Source: Tubiluchus corallicola
Lineage: Eukaryota > Animalia > Priapulida
Length of the DNA: 64,000 bases
Assembly: GCA_030141605.1 (NCBI GenBank)
Contig: JAQGDQ010000651.1
Location: 55,228-119,227 of the forward strand
Direction: 5' to 3'
Both the position numbers and the translations under genes were made by a program. Positions 12,950-27,574 of the stretch are shown here, one piece after another. The first letter of the stretch is position 1; each line of letters begins with the position of its first letter. A model generated the notes under the pieces. That model was given only the letters and a program-made list of their open reading frames with translations. It ran no database searches and was not told where the DNA came from.

Positions 12950-14450
12950 CAGACTTGAACAGTTTTCTGTTCGCCTGATTGCGGTGAAATGTTAAATAAC
13001 CGTGTTAATGTCTTCGCTAGAGAGAAAGATTAAGTACGACATTACTAATGCGTCCGGCCCAACTGACTTATTGGTGTTCACTTTACTAAGTAAAGTTTTT
13101 ACCAAGCTGTCGTTGGTCTCTAGATAACGCAGTTTAGATCCAGTTTTTAATTGAAAAGACAGGTGGCAATAAAGAAGCAGAAGCATCAAGACAGCATTCT
13201 TTCCTGAAATACACGTTAAACATGTTACTTTTGGAAAGAGTGTCACTAATCATCAAACCGGTCTCGTCTTTAAGCAAAGGAATACCATCAGAACTATTAT
13301 TGTAAAAGCGCTTTGTAATAGCCCACCATGTTTTTGAACTTGTTTATGGGCTGGTCAGTATTTTGCTTAATTTGTCGAAATAATCTCGTTTAGCTTTCTT
13401 TATTTGTGATTGTTACATCTAGCGTTGATGTAAGTCTGGCGTGACAATGGATTATTTTTCAATTTATAATCTCCATATATTTTCCTTTTAGCACCCTGAG
13501 CTTTCTTACGAAACTGTTCATCCACGCCTTATTACGAGGGCGTATCGTAACTACTAGACTAGATATACAAACGTTAATCATGTTCATCAGTTTATTGATA
13601 AGTTGCTCAAAAATGTTATTAATATTTTCGTCAATATTTATTTCATTCCAGTCTAACGCTGATATTAAGTTGTTTAAAGCAGTCCAATTAGCATGTTCGG
13701 AATAGTATAGTACTTTCCTTTTGTAAGCACGAGGTGCGGAATGCTGGAAGTTAAGTTTTCCAAAAACTGGATTATGGTCACAAGTAAAAATTTGGGAGAG
13801 TATTCCACTGTCAGTAATAAGGGCAGGTGAATCTGTTATTATTAAGTCAAGCAAAGACTTGTTTGTTTCCGTAACACGAGTATGACCACTAAATATTTGA
13901 ACTGGTTCTGAGTTACAAAGTTATGTAATTTTCGGCCCATTGAATTCTCACTGCTTTCTTCAGGACCCCACGCCTTACATTTAAATACACCGACAATTAC
14001 CCTGCAATATGGGTATTTAAGAGGTGAGTTTAGTAGGTTGCTATAGGATTGTTCGAGATGGGCAATGTATTGGTCTTGTCCATGGGCGTCTTGTGATGGG
14101 GACCTGTAACAGATACACATACAGACAGTGTTACCATTTACACTCACCTCAAACCACAGGAGTTCGCATAAATTTTGAGAAAGTAAATTTGTTCGAACTT
14201 TGAATAACAAGTATGAGGCAGTATAAAAAGCTACCCCGCCCCGCTCCTATCCTGTTCTTTCCTACAGGGCGCTTCGATGCCAGATATAGAAATTTGGTGG
14301 TTGGGTACAGACTATTCGAGCCAGGCAATAACATCGAAATCGTAGTCATGTGCAATTAAATTTAATTCGTCTAATTTGTGCGACTCGTTGTTAACTAGGA
14401 GGCTTCCAACATTGGAATTGAAAAAGGAGAATTTTTTTTATTAAAAAACT
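12950..14450 (-). mobile_element. CR1-like LINE ORF2 remnant (APE endonuclease + RT N-terminus)
   Basis: ICYRSP, LDLIITDSP..SDH-like TCDHNPV, KAWMN and KSVGPD motifs in ORFs 13842-14210, 13459-13854 and 12992-13246. Confidence 0.8.
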
Positions 14451-14759
14451 ATTATTCACGTTTTGTGAACTATTGAATTATAAAAGTAAATTTGTTATTG
14501 CCCTCACGTACAGCTAATGCTTCTTTGTATGTAGAACAATTTTTGCTCAGTGCTTCGTGTGCCTCTCCGTAGTTTGAACATTTTAGGGTTTCGCCGTCAT
14601 AGTTATTATTGTATGTTATTGTGAGCATCGTTATTGTATGTTAGTGTAGATGGTGGCCCAGTGGCTAGATTTACATTACGCCAATTGTATTCTGGGACTT
14701 TTTATGGGATTAGAGGAAAATGATGCAAATTGCTTAAAAGTCATTTAATTGACAGAAAA

Positions 14760-15620
14760 CAATAACGTTTAGATAATAACTGTGCATCGGAAAAGGAGAC
14801 GCTGTATGTGGTGTCCCACAGGACTCCATTTTGAGGCCACTATTGTTTTTAATGTGCATCAATGATTTAGCAACTGTTTTGAAAAAAATATTCACAGTCA
14901 TATTTGCCGATAACACTAGTTTCATCTTTTCGATGAAAATGTAATTCTCTTTGTGCAGTCATTAATCAGGGAATAAGCTAATATCGAATTGGTTTAAGGC
15001 TAAAAAATAAACTTAAATGTAAAAAAAGACAAATTTTATCACTTTTACTGCAAAAACGAAAAGATATCTTACAGAGAACTATCAGATTCAAGTCGATGGT
15101 ACTTTTATCAGTCATGTTAAAACAAGTTAAATTACTGGATATTATTTTGAATGATTATTTTGAAAGTTCATAACCCCTCATCCGTCTAATGACACACTCG
15201 CATTTCAGAGCTCACACCGATAATTTCTTCAAAAATTTGAAAATACTGACAATGCCCAAGGTAGTCGATATGCAAACTAACCTGTTTATGAGCAAATATG
15301 TTAATAATCTAAGAAATAAATTTAAGAAACTTTTAAAAAATATTTACTACAAAATCTGTGGTCTAATAAATGATGTAAGATGTAAATTTTTTACCATAAT
15401 TATACAATTTTATCGCACTAATCAAGTTTTCCTCTTTTCACCTCCACTTTTAATTGATTTGCACGTACTTATGTGTTTATATTGTACTAACCATGCACCA
15501 TGTATTCTGTACTTTTACATGTAATTTTCTCTCTATACGATGCCGATATATTTTACGATGTTTTAATGGAGACATAAGTCTCTTGACTTCTGTTCATAGA
15601 CGTATAAATAAATAAAAAAA
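14760..15620 (+). mobile_element. 5'-truncated CR1/L2-group LINE remnant
   Basis: CGVPQDSILRPLLFLMCINDL..IFADNT, then WFKA..LN, HFRAHTDNFFKNLKIL. Ends in AATAAATAAAAAAA. Confidence 0.75.
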
Positions 15621-16080
15621 TTGCAATAATAATTTAATCATAAAGAATAATTGCACAAATATGATACTTTGCTTTCTTTAAGTGTAACAGTAGTTTATGG
15701 TTATCAAAAAAAATTTCAGAATTCTTATTTTTTTAAGTTTTGTTAAACATGTGTTTGTTTTAACATCAAACATTTGTTTTATGTGCTTTTAAGGTTTCAT
15801 TTCATAATGTACATGTACTTGACATTTATTTAAATAGGATTACGTTTTAGTTTTCTCTTATCTTATTAAGAAATTGTGTTAAATTTATATCCGTGATATT
15901 TCATTTCTCGTACTGTAGGCACTCTTTGATGACAATGTTATTTTAAGCCTGTTTTTAAAGCAACTAGTCGAAAACATGGGTCGATTGAAGAAGACCTGTG
16001 TCGAAAGATCAACCAAAAAATTATAAGTAAGTCGTAAAATAGGCTCTTTAAAATGCACATTAATATTATTTAGGACTTAC

Positions 16081-16167
16081 ATGCTGCAGCATAGCATCGT
16101 AGTCAAAGCTGTTCCTCGGATAGGCTACCGCGCATGCCAGCATCCCTAAAAGGCACACAATCTTCAT
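16081..16167 (-). CDS. First coding exon (signal peptide) of the small cysteine-rich secreted protein
   Basis: Acceptor TTTAATGCAG, then acATG: MKIVCLLGMLACAVAYPRNSFDYDAMLQH, then GTAAGT donor at 16080. Phase 0, compatible with exon 6260-6463. Confidence 0.75.
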
Positions 16168-17609
16168 GTCTGCATTAAAAATAAAAATATCCAGTTTTAT
16201 TATCCATTAAAACTTCACTGAACAACTTCTATGTAAAACGACCACCTGCTTCTGTTGACAATTTAATCACTGAACTATTTATAAAAAAATTTTAGCCATT
16301 GTGTAAGCCTTACTAGAAACTCGCTATAATGACCGCAAAGTGATTAGCAGACAGGCATTTTAACAACTAAGTTAGGTTAAATATTTTGGCAGAGTATTAA
16401 TATTATAACATTAAGTAAAAATATAAAATAATATATGAGTAGTTCTTTTGGTGTAATTTGTGTGCGTCTTAATATCAAATAATTGGTGTTGTCGTATAGT
16501 GGTAATAACAGTTCATTTATACAACAAGGTTGCAAGGATGCCATTGGTAATATCGTCAGTCCCAACTGTATATGCGGGCTATCATTATAAAAAAGTTAAG
16601 CACTATGTGTCGGAATGCCCGTTGCCTGCCCGGGAGCAGGGGGCGCTCGAATGAAGTTTATTTAACCTGTATAATTCAAACATTCTCCCAGTTAATATTA
16701 ATGAATTAAATATCGAAACTAAAATCCACCCTTTATTACATAGTAACTTGCTTTTCAATCTTGATCAAGATAAACCTATTTTTGACATAACGCAGGAATT
16801 TGTAAAAGCTTCAAGCTGATTCAGTAAACATTAATCTAACATTTTGTACCATTAGATTGTTCTTGATGCACGGGAACTGTTAAAATGCAGATATCTAATT
16901 ATAAATGCTTCAATTTTGTATTAGAGTACTTGTACTTACCAATTCCTAAGGTATGTTAATCAGTTTTGTTGTGCACACGAAGTTAGGATGGAAAATAAAT
17001 ATGTTTATATGAAAAAAATTGATATGCTCGACACTTGATACATTTCCTGAAACCAATTTTTCGGTTTTTGCCTCTTACTGGAAAATTTTCACGTACGCTC
17101 ATACACTGATACATAAGGATGCCGCTCCATCTAGCCACATACCAAAAATTGCGTCCCTAGCTCAAAAACTATAGGAGCAGATGGAGCTTAGAGATAAAGA
17201 GATGAAGACCCGCTCGCTCCATGACACTTGACCCAACATTCTCGGGTCACACATAAACATAAACATATATATAAATTAGACTGCTTTTTATGAATAAAAA
17301 TTTTGATTTCAACTCACAGCCCAAATAGGCGATGAGTTGTAATCGAAAAACTGACCAATGTCTACTGTTCTGAACCGTTTGACCCTAGGTCAAAGGCCAC
17401 TACACCTCACTACACCATTGCCTCAGCCAGCCCCCGTCCCAGGTGTCCGCTCTGCAACTTTGGTTACTCTAGGTACTACGGTTTTGGAGTTATTCACTGT
17501 TGTACAGGAGAAACAACGAAAGAAAGAAATGGTTTAATTGCATGTAGTGCAGTATCTTAATAAATTATAACTGTACGAAAGCCAATAAGATTTTGCCATT
17601 TGCTATATC

Positions 17610-17791
<182 letters not shown>

Positions 17792-18403
17792 AGTGTGGTA
17801 AGTTTAAATTGTGTGGATGAACAGGACCAACCTAAGTGTAAACCCATTGTTATAACTGAGTAGCTAAACTCATTGAGCTTTGTGTGGTTAATATGAACTA
17901 CCTAGAAGCTCACCTTCATGGGAACTTCACACTGACAAAGTTGCAGGAAATCGGAAAGAAAAAATTCTTTGGGATTATAACATTTTTTACGGATGTAGTA
18001 CACCAGATATAATGACATTACTGTGATCGAGAAAAAAGGCAAGAAAGAGATATTACTGATGACATAGCAATATCATGGAATGCACACATCAGGACTAAAC
18101 ACGTAGAGAAGGTTGGAAAAATTACTGATGTGACAGTTGAGTTACGAAGAACAAGGGAAAAGCCCACTATTGTTGTACCGGTAACAGCAAGGTGATTCGG
18201 ATGTGTTGAGGAAACTCTGGAAACGCACTTGAAAGATTAGCAATTACAGGGAAGTATAAATTGAAAGAGGTACAGAAGCAAGCCATTTTTGCGTTCAGCA
18301 TACATCCTGAAACGATATTTGTAGAGCTTAGAGTGAGTATCTTGGTAGACTCGGCTTGCCAAGTGATAACAAGCCACTAAGCTGTGATATTAAACAATAA
18401 TAA
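17792..18403 (+). mobile_element. 5'-truncated R4/Dong-like non-LTR retrotransposon (restriction-like endonuclease domain)
   Basis: Frameshifted KILWDYNIF..DITVIEKK..LL.DIAI..EKVGK..VELRR..IVVPV..EVQKQAI..ILKRYL*. Bounded by (TAA)n on the left and CAATAATAA on the right. Confidence 0.75.
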
Positions 18404-18811
18404 AACTATACCTACTATGTTAAAAATTTACGACAGCTGGGTCTATATACCTTAGAATTACAGCAGGAGTTAAACTTTAAATTAACGATAAATACTGCAA
18501 CTAATAGCAAATAACTTGAGTAACAATTTGTACTATACCTGAAAAACTGTCGTCACCTCTAAGCAAACAAAGCGCCGAATAGACCTAGAAGACACCAACG
18601 TAATGCGTGACAAACTTAAATTCATATGTATTTATCAATATATCAGTCAGTTTATATCCCATGAGAACAAAACAGGTGAAACTGATTGCAATCAGAACCA
18701 TAACAGCTGCTGGTTTAAAAATAAATTGCAGTGCATAATATACAAGCATAAAGCTTTACAGTATATATTTCTTTGAAAGCTACTCCAAACTTTTATAATT
18801 ACTCCCGATTT

Positions 18812-19052
<241 letters not shown>

Positions 19053-20270
19053 TAAGATACAGCAGAGTCCTCTTGATTTACCCACACTTTTTATTTCTTT
19101 ACTTTTATTTGTTATTTGTGCCTTTTGTTTTGTTAATAACTTGCACATGCACAGGGAAACTCACAGGGCATACTTTCCAGGTAAGGGGATTTATGACCCG
19201 CCACAACGGTCAAAGGTCACAGAGCGGGCAGGAATTCTTTTTTTTTGGTTAAACTGGATCTCCTCCTACAGTTTTCGACCAAGGGTCACGATTTTAATTT
19301 TGTGGCTAAGTGGTATCGAGGTGTTGAGGATTGCTAAATGTGAGCTGGATGTGAAAATTTTTTCGGTAGGGTTCAAAAACCAAAATCGGGATATGTTTTT
19401 GTGTTTGACTCGATTAACAGTTTCAATGAAATCAGAGCTTGCCACTTTTTGTCCAGTCACCTGTGGATCTAGGCTCAGCTATATACGATTCAAGATACAC
19501 CATTCAATTTGTCTCATCAAGATCTTTTATTTAATGTACCACCTACTGCTGCTCGACATACGTTCAATTCGTCTCATTGAGACCTTTCATTTGATGCATT
19601 ATAAGACATTTAAACTGGAGCTTACACAGTTGCCTGTGACCTCAGGGTCAAGGGTCAACAAATGCAGGCGTGACTTATACCACTCAATTAGCCTTGTCGT
19701 ACCTTTCAGTTGATATACTCCAACCTGTTGCTGCTGGATAATGAAAAGCATTTGCCTATGTGACTCTCAGTTTTGGGTTTTGCGAACTACCGGCTCAAGG
19801 GTCAAACAGTCTGGGCGTGACTCATACCATTCCATTCTGCTCATCAAGACCTTTCATTTGACTAATACACCTTACTGTTATTTGACACTGGAAGCATTAG
19901 CGTCCCAACCCCCGATTTCGGTTTTGTCCCCTAGCGGGGTCAGGTATCAACCAAAATCAGCGAAACGTATAAAATTCGATTCGTCTTATGAGGACCCTTC
20001 ATTTGATATATTACGCGTTACTGTTGCTAGACACTGGAAGCACTGATAACCCAGATCCATCGATTTTAGTTTCTGCCTCCTACTGAAAAATTTTCCATAC
20101 GCAAATGGCTCATATTCAGCCGTGCCCAACAAATCGACACCACCTAACAATATAACAAAAATTGTGGCCCTAGTTCAAAAACTGTATGACGAGATCCAGC
20201 CTAACGAAAAAAAACCAACAAGCCCAGTCCACATTCTGTTAACTCGATGTACACTTTTATTCAAAGTGAA
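19053..20270. repeat. Interspersed non-coding repeat with internal CCATTCAATT..CATCAAGACCTTTCATTTGA subrepeats; related copy at about 17045-17190
   Basis: 20060-20200 aligns with 17050-17190 (GCCTC.TACTG.AAAATTTTC..CAAAAATTG.G.CCCTAG.TCAAAAACT). Subrepeats at about 19500, 19560, 19680, 19830 and 19975. Confidence 0.55.
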
Positions 20271-21033
20271 GGTCGCTAAGAGAAGGGGGCGTGTAGAGGT
20301 TTCGCTACCTCTGAAGTCGCCCTCATGCATGGACTTATAAACCATTTAAAAGATATCGTTTATTGCAGGGAAGCGACATGCCGCATTTATTCTGCTGCAT
20401 AAAAATTACGTATTTGTGATGTTCAGTATTCAGTTGCAATATAATGCGATCAACAAGGTAAATTGCTGTGGAATGTTTATTATATGACAGCAGCCTCTGC
20501 AAATTTGACAAAGAAAACAACAAGAAACAAACAACAAATAAGAATAATTGAATCTACTAGAAAAGATCCGCTCAATCAAATACGACTGGAAATGTATTAT
20601 CGCTGAAGTGTCTCAGACCTGCTCCAAGACGATGGAGACAGTAAGACAGGTTGCTGTCGTTATTATGACTACGCTTCTGAGTTCTTGGTGGCATTTTACT
20701 GTTGTTTTTATTGCAACAAATTTACCTAAATGCAGTGACCAGTCAGCGTTCCAGAAATTACAGAGCGGTAAGCCTTGCGGACGTGAGGCCTACGTATTTT
20801 TAGCTTTTTACAACAATCATGAAGCGCATATTAACATGGCGTTTATCCCATACTACACAAATCGTTTCTGCTCCGGGCTACGAAACGAAAATATGTGACG
20901 TTTTTTGGGGATGGGGCGATGGAACTGATGCGTGGAAGTACTGTTAATCCCGGCGTTGCGGAATGCTTTATTACTGTTACGTTTGCGCGAGAGCGTTTCA
21001 CTTTCTATTAAAGGTCATCACTTGGATGTGATC

Positions 21034-21035
21034 AT
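21034..21035 (+). CDS. Putative first coding bases (AT of a split ATG) of the EGF-repeat precursor
   Basis: GATCAT|GTAAGT consensus donor. AT + G of exon 27808 gives MHSLFATFGIILACGYC, a plausible signal peptide. Confidence 0.4.
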
Positions 21036-23849
21036 GTAAGTAATGCATTTTCAATCGTATTTTCAATAACATTTATATGTCTTGTAAAGTGTTCGTGTAA
21101 TTGTTCATTGATCTTTTGCAAGTTGTGGCTGACAATAAACCGGTAACATGCGTAAGGGCCTGGGCAGCAAGTATTTTTTATGCACCTGACAACTCCAAAT
21201 GCTTAGACATTGGTCTGGCGAAGAGAAACTTTGGAGACTTTGCAACAACAAACACTTTAGTCGGCATAAAAGTAGCAAAATTGCATTCTGTTTATCACAC
21301 CGTTTAGTTAGCCCTTCAGAAAAGCCAAGATGAGATTTGCTGATGTTCATTTATTATTTGTGATGGGGCAGCTTATAGTCCAAGCGCTGAAGAGCGTGCA
21401 ATTTAAGGCGGTGCATTTATTCGCATAGAATAAAAGTGTCCAACTAGCTCCTCTCAATAACGACAAGCAGTAAACGGTTAGTTTCTTATAAGACGGGTAA
21501 ATGGAAGCAGGTAAAAATTTGTCGTTCGCGTGTCAACATACAAAAAGCTGTGGTATAAATTGGTTTCAAACTTCATCGGTTAATTGTTTCATATTAAAAA
21601 TATAAGAAGACAATGCGATAAATAGCCGCGTTGAAACTAAAAGCAAATTCTTCATGAAACTGACGAAAGTTGTTAAAAAAAGGGAACTCAATGTTTGTTT
21701 CCAGCTGTTGAAAGTTTTACAAAAAGTTGAAAAGAATGCCTGAGGTATAACACTTTTACTAAAATGGACACTCGTATAACAGACAAAGATAACTTTAAAA
21801 TGTTATTTACCGTTGCCACTTAACAGACAACATTATCGTTAAATCGGTCACGTGTATGGTTTAGGTCTTGGCGTTGGCAACCACTGGTCTCGAACTCAAA
21901 ACTGTTGAACCACTAAGCATGTTTGCAATTTGTAGTCTAGAGCAATCGGCTACTGAACACCCGAAGACACCGTATCATAAAAAATTGAAAACTTTCAGTA
22001 ACTGTCTAATGCATGTTATATAAGGTTTGATCACGTCCAATTTTTGCATGACTTAGCGAGTCTGCAACTGACTGAAGTCACTGGACAGATGCTAATATGT
22101 TGACGCTACATCAAAAACATTTTTCACCTCCTAACCTCTTGAGAAAACTTAATTTCGACTAATTAATACATAAACATGAAGCGTTGTTTGCAACATACGA
22201 TGTGACCGCTAACCTTGAACCTAAGCGCAGGAATGTACTACATTCACTAGGTGTGCTACTGACTCCGTAACCACAGATCTAAATGCCATGTTGTGCTCAG
22301 TGAAGAGTTAAGTCAGGTTCCGTTTATTAGTTTATAAATAGAGTACAAAAATTAATAAATTAAGTTTATTATTAAATAAATCACTTAATATCCGTCCAAA
22401 TATTGAATATCTTTACAATACAGTTCAACAGTTATGTAGAAATGCATTATTCTTTTACTTAATATTTCTACCTCATGTCTTTCCATTTTGTTGAAAGAAA
22501 TGTTGTCAAAATATCAAATTTGATGACTAGTAACGGAGTGCACAAGCGGCTAAAGAGAAAGATTTCAAATTTAAATAATAAATAAATTTACGTTTTCCGA
22601 AAAACCACACGAAAACATACATTGTAACAATAACGCTGGTTTTACTGACATTGTGATCAGTTGCGCCTGAGGTTTTATATTTGCAGCCCGATGCAGTCGT
22701 TAAAACGTTAACGATATAAGTGAGCCGCAAGTGAAAGAACGAGGGTCGCAAATGTTTACGAATTTAAGAAAATTAGTGTTAATTATTGTTGTTGTTACTG
22801 TTGCTGTTGTTGCTAACGCCTTGTTGCTGTCATTGTTGTTGTTTTTCACAAGGACCGGTTCCGTTTTTTTACCTGCCTTGTCCTTAGTCAAATGTGTAAT
22901 AATATAGTAGTGCAGTTCAGTTGTATTTGTGGAAAAGGTTGCTTTTCATACTGCCTCTTATTTGATAACTGTTTCAACTCAGAATATTCCCAATTCGTTT
23001 TTGCGCCAGATACGAATGTTGCTCATTACATGTATACGCTTTCACTCGTGCCCAAATTCTTTGTCATCTTGAAAACTTGAAAACGTACTGGCCGTCTCTC
23101 GAACGTATAGTGCGAGTAGTTCTCGTGTCTTTTAATGTTTCGATCATTTTTTACTGGCTGTGCATTCTTCTAGTTCATGTTTAAAATTCACCGTTAAACA
23201 ACTGTCAACGACGTATTGAGTTTCTTAGGCGTATAGCTATTGACAATAGTAAACAAAGACTAATTTTTTTCATTTATAAAAAATACAGTTTGTCCTTGTA
23301 TAATCAATGCTCTCATGAAGGTGGCAGATGCCGCAAATTCGTTAGTATAGACGATTATCCTTTTGTCATCTTCAAAAACTTTGTGGGCAGTAAAATAAAA
23401 AATACAATTGAAAAAGCAAGTGAAATTGGAGTCAAATTTTCGGCGGTACAAAGGATCACATGGCGGGAAATGAGTAAAAACAGCACAGATCACTGTTATT
23501 GTCAAGAAATAACAGTTTTCATCAGAAAAAGTGATTTCAATACAGAACATGACAAGAAGTTCGTCAAATTGCTATAGTGAATAACAATCGTGTAAAAATA
23601 TGAATCAAATCGGGAAGACGCCAGTATCACTTCTGTAATTACTAGCACTCGTAATTTGTATTAGGTTCTGCGTACGAAAGAGTTTGCATTGAGCAACAGT
23701 TTATGGTGAGCCTTATAGTGTTTATAGATACAACTGCCAGTATGATTAACCACACGCCAGCGCCACTGCAGTTCTGAACACAAATCGAAATTTATTGTTT
23801 AAAGTTCATGCTATGCTCTAGTAACATGATAAAGCTGCTTCAATCTCAA

Positions 23850-24750
23850 TGGGCTTATAAAAGAAGCTTTTTACATAAAAACTTTGAGCCCCGATTTAGA
23901 CAGCAAGGTTGAAGATTACAGGTAGACCTACAAGTTACTGTTATATTGTACTTTGTATTTTTTGACATCCATTCCATGAGAAATGTTCGTGGATACGAAT
24001 TGTTGGTCGATTTTGCTCTTTTCTCTTTATCACCCATATTGCTTATGATTTGTGAAAAAACACAAAATTTGGATAATCTAAGATTTAAATGGACAAATTA
24101 ATGTCAGTTACAACTAAATCAGGAAGGAAGGCAGATGAAATATCAACTCGTGTTTTCATGTTATCTATGGCAAATTTCGTTAGTGGTTTTGGAGTAACAT
24201 TGCTCCCAAAACCCTCAGGCTGACAAATCACTGTTTGAAGAATGACTGGTTTGCTGAAATAGTGTTGCTGCAGGCTTTCCGGTGTCACCAGAATTTTTCA
24301 GCTTGTGAAAGGCCAGTTTCTGACGCTTTTCCTACATGAATTCAACACCTTGACCCCAGAGGTCCCTGAATCTTGCAAACTTATTGAAGCTGTCATTAAC
24401 GACGACAAGTGTATAATTAGTCCAAGAAATTCCTCTTTCCTGTCTGGTTTGGTCATCTCTACCAAATCTTCACTCTTCACCAGCTTTGTCTAATGCCTTT
24501 GTTTGAGAACATCTCCGAATAAAATAATGCTTCCTCACGTGACATATGGCTGAATCAAACAATCTGTTTATTATTACTTTATATACCTACGTGATCAGCT
24601 TGAGATTATGTTCACCTTCAGTCCTTCCAAGCACAGAAATATTTCAGATCTCGCAACGCAATGGGTGGTGCAGAAAGTTATTATACTGGGTAACAATTAG
24701 CAACCAAAAAGTGCTTGAAATGCTGTGTTTCTGGTTACCGGATATTTAGA
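23850..24750 (-). mobile_element. Highly decayed Penelope-like element fragment
   Basis: Frameshifted KAL.KLVKSEDLVEMTKPD.GRG and SG..GKPA resemble the Penelope RT N-terminal I.KPDKG and GS.P motifs. Confidence 0.4.
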
Positions 24751-25949
24751 CGCTAAAAGTTGTTAACATTTTTTATTAATAATGAATTTCGTAGATTGCT
24801 ACTTTTGGTTTTATAAATTTAGTTCACATCAAATTATTTTCATTGTTTAGTGGGCTTGGTGATTGTGCTGATCTTTCAGATAAGCTGACATCTCTACAAA
24901 ATAACCGTTCTGTTGTTTTGTCAAAATGTCTAAACTCTATTTATCTCAACCGAGGCTGCACATCCGGTTTTGAATTTACATCAGCTTGTTTCAACCACCA
25001 CAGAATTGTCAAGCCTATTTATTGTAAAGTATGAATTTGCAAGCTTAACAGCTTGCTTCGAAACGTTGAGTGAATATAATGATTTAGTTGCAATTTAGAA
25101 ATACGAGTTCAACAATGCCTGTTCAAAGAGGCATGTACCAGACATCCTGATTATCACATTGATTCAACCTAACTGTTGTCAATACTAAAACTGGATCACA
25201 TGCAATATGTAGATACTGCAGAAATTTGCAATCATTTAATTGTAAAACGTATACAATGTTCACTTCAGTAACAAAATTGAACAAACAGTCATAAAAGTTT
25301 GCAATATGATACTGTAGAAAATTTGCATCCTTTAACATTGCTCTCTCTAGATCAACTGAAACTTGCATGCCTTGAGAGAATTGAGCACATGACCAGAGAT
25401 TCGAGTTCCTATTGGAAGGTACATCACATTCGTGCATACTGACCATAAATGGAAAGGTCACCTATAGTCTACAGACTACTGGTTGGCTAAACCAAAATCA
25501 AAGCCTATTTGGCTTCTTTGATAGCAGAATAAAGATTATTTGTTTACAGAAAGCTGTGTTATAATTTTTCTCTATTTTATCTTAGAGAAAATTGATGCAT
25601 GAAATTAAAAATCTAATTACTCAGATTAATGAATATCTATGAAAGCAAAAGGAAACAATATTTAGAAACAAAATCAATTAATCTCTGACAAATACTTTGT
25701 ACAATTGGAGTAAAAACGACTGTAGATGGCAGCATAGACTAATTCAGTACTTTAGTGTAGTAGACTGACAATTAAATGTGTCACACGATACTACAATACG
25801 TACTTGGTACAATAAGCGACAGATACGCTGTAGACTTTTAGATCAATTCCGCTCTCACTGAAACGAAAACTATCTTAAACATGATATTGTGATTGTTTAA
25901 TACAATCTGATCCTAACAGCGAATTACACTATGCAGAGAGTGCGTGCAT

Positions 25950-26020
25950 GAGTGTGTGGCCGAGTGGTTTAGATTTCTTACTACAACCACGCAGTCTTGA
26001 GTTCGATACTAGCGACTGCG
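25950..26020 (+). mobile_element. tRNA-derived SINE head (degenerate)
   Basis: A box TGGCCGAGTGG (25957-25967) and B box GTTCGATAC (26001-26009); no complete cloverleaf. Confidence 0.55.
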
Positions 26021-26380
26021 AATGCAGGACATATGCCTTACATTATTCGTTATTTGTGTATTCCGTCATTACCTGCTTTGTTGTAAATGTCAGTCGCCAA
26101 ATAGCTGCTAGTGCTGATGTTATGTATTAAATGAGCGATGTTAAATAGATTTTGACTTTTGTTTTTGTCTTTGCATTTTTGATATTGAGCGAGTTTACAG
26201 ATTAGAGCTGCACATCAGATTACTGAATGAGGGAGATGCGATACTCGAAGTGTGAACTTTTAACTTTGACTTTTGTACTTTAAAGGTGACAAATCAATCG
26301 TAACCATTCTTGGAAATCGGAATATGTATTAAATAAAATTTAAACTGTAATGTGTAAAATACAATATAATTTGCTGTAAA

Positions 26381-27574
26381 ATCTATATAATCTATATAAA
26401 GCTGAAAACTTGTCTGTCTGTTATAGAGTCAGTCAGTCACTTTTAGGTTTTAGATTTAATACTTTATTTAAAACATAATGTTAATATCCAACACAGACTA
26501 AATCACGCAAAAAATTACACCACAAAATGAATCTGCATAAAAATTACAAAATTTCTGTCTGTCTGCCTGTTTGTCTCTCTGTCTGCTTGCCTGTCTGTCT
26601 GTCGTCCAGTGCACCATAAAGACCATTGCTCCGAGAAGATTTTAGGCTTTCAGTGTTTTAGCTCATTCAATTTGGGGTAGGTTCAGCTGGTATATACTAA
26701 AATGGGCTAATGTAGCACACCGAGTAATGTAAAGGAGAGGAATTATCATCGTATGTACCACTTTTTTAGTTTTGGTAAAGCTTGAAATTCATTGTTCGAC
26801 ATTAAGGCAGTCTACGACATTAGTCCATTATAGTACATATAGAGGGTGTTTCAGAAAAAGCAGTGCATTAGAAAAATGATGATAATTATCATTGATATGT
26901 TTCTAATGAAATATACATTATTTATTGCTCAAATTTATTTTGCAACATTTTTCCTGAAATTGCTGACTTAGTATTTGCATGTTCTGCTAGGCATGGTTCT
27001 TATTTTTCAGGCTGATCGGGAAACGGGAGATATTTTTGGAAATTAATTGCAACACAAAAGTGTTTCGTTTTCTGTTGAGTCAGAAATATGGGGTCAGGTA
27101 GATTTTTCTGTCAAAATTGACTTTTATCGTTATTTAAGTCAACTTGGGCTGAAGAATTCAAGAAAGATAGATGCCATTTTTTCATGCACATCTCCAGCTG
27201 CCATCTTGGGTTTCAAAATGGCCACCATTAACATTTTAAAAATTAAGATAGTCATAATAATAATATTTTATAGTCGTCAAATTTTATTCATAGATTGCTC
27301 AACTGATCCTTTGAGTTTGAGTTAAGTCCATTTTTTCACAAGTATTGAGGTAGGGGTAGTAGATGCGTATTAAACATTTTTCAAGAAGTGTGTGTGCGTA
27401 AGTTACGTGACAGAGTCAGAATTTCAAAATTAGGGCCAACGACTTTATCGCTCCTCTTACAGAAATGTGTTAAGAAGAAATGAATAGCTGGATAATGATA
27501 GATGTGCATTACGTCATTTTCAAAAAGTGGGCAGAGTCAGATCACATAAAGCAGACGATAGTTTCAGCTTTGTT
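26381..27574. mobile_element. Helentron-associated (HINE/DINE-1-like) non-autonomous element
   Basis: Subterminal inverted repeats AAAGCTGAAAACT (26398-26410) and AGTTTCAGCTTT (27560-27571), plus a (TGTC)n microsatellite at about 26410 and 26555-26603. Confidence 0.5.

Noticed and set aside
25950-26020. tRNA gene
   Set aside because: A and B boxes are present but there is no convincing acceptor or anticodon stem. Treated as a SINE head.
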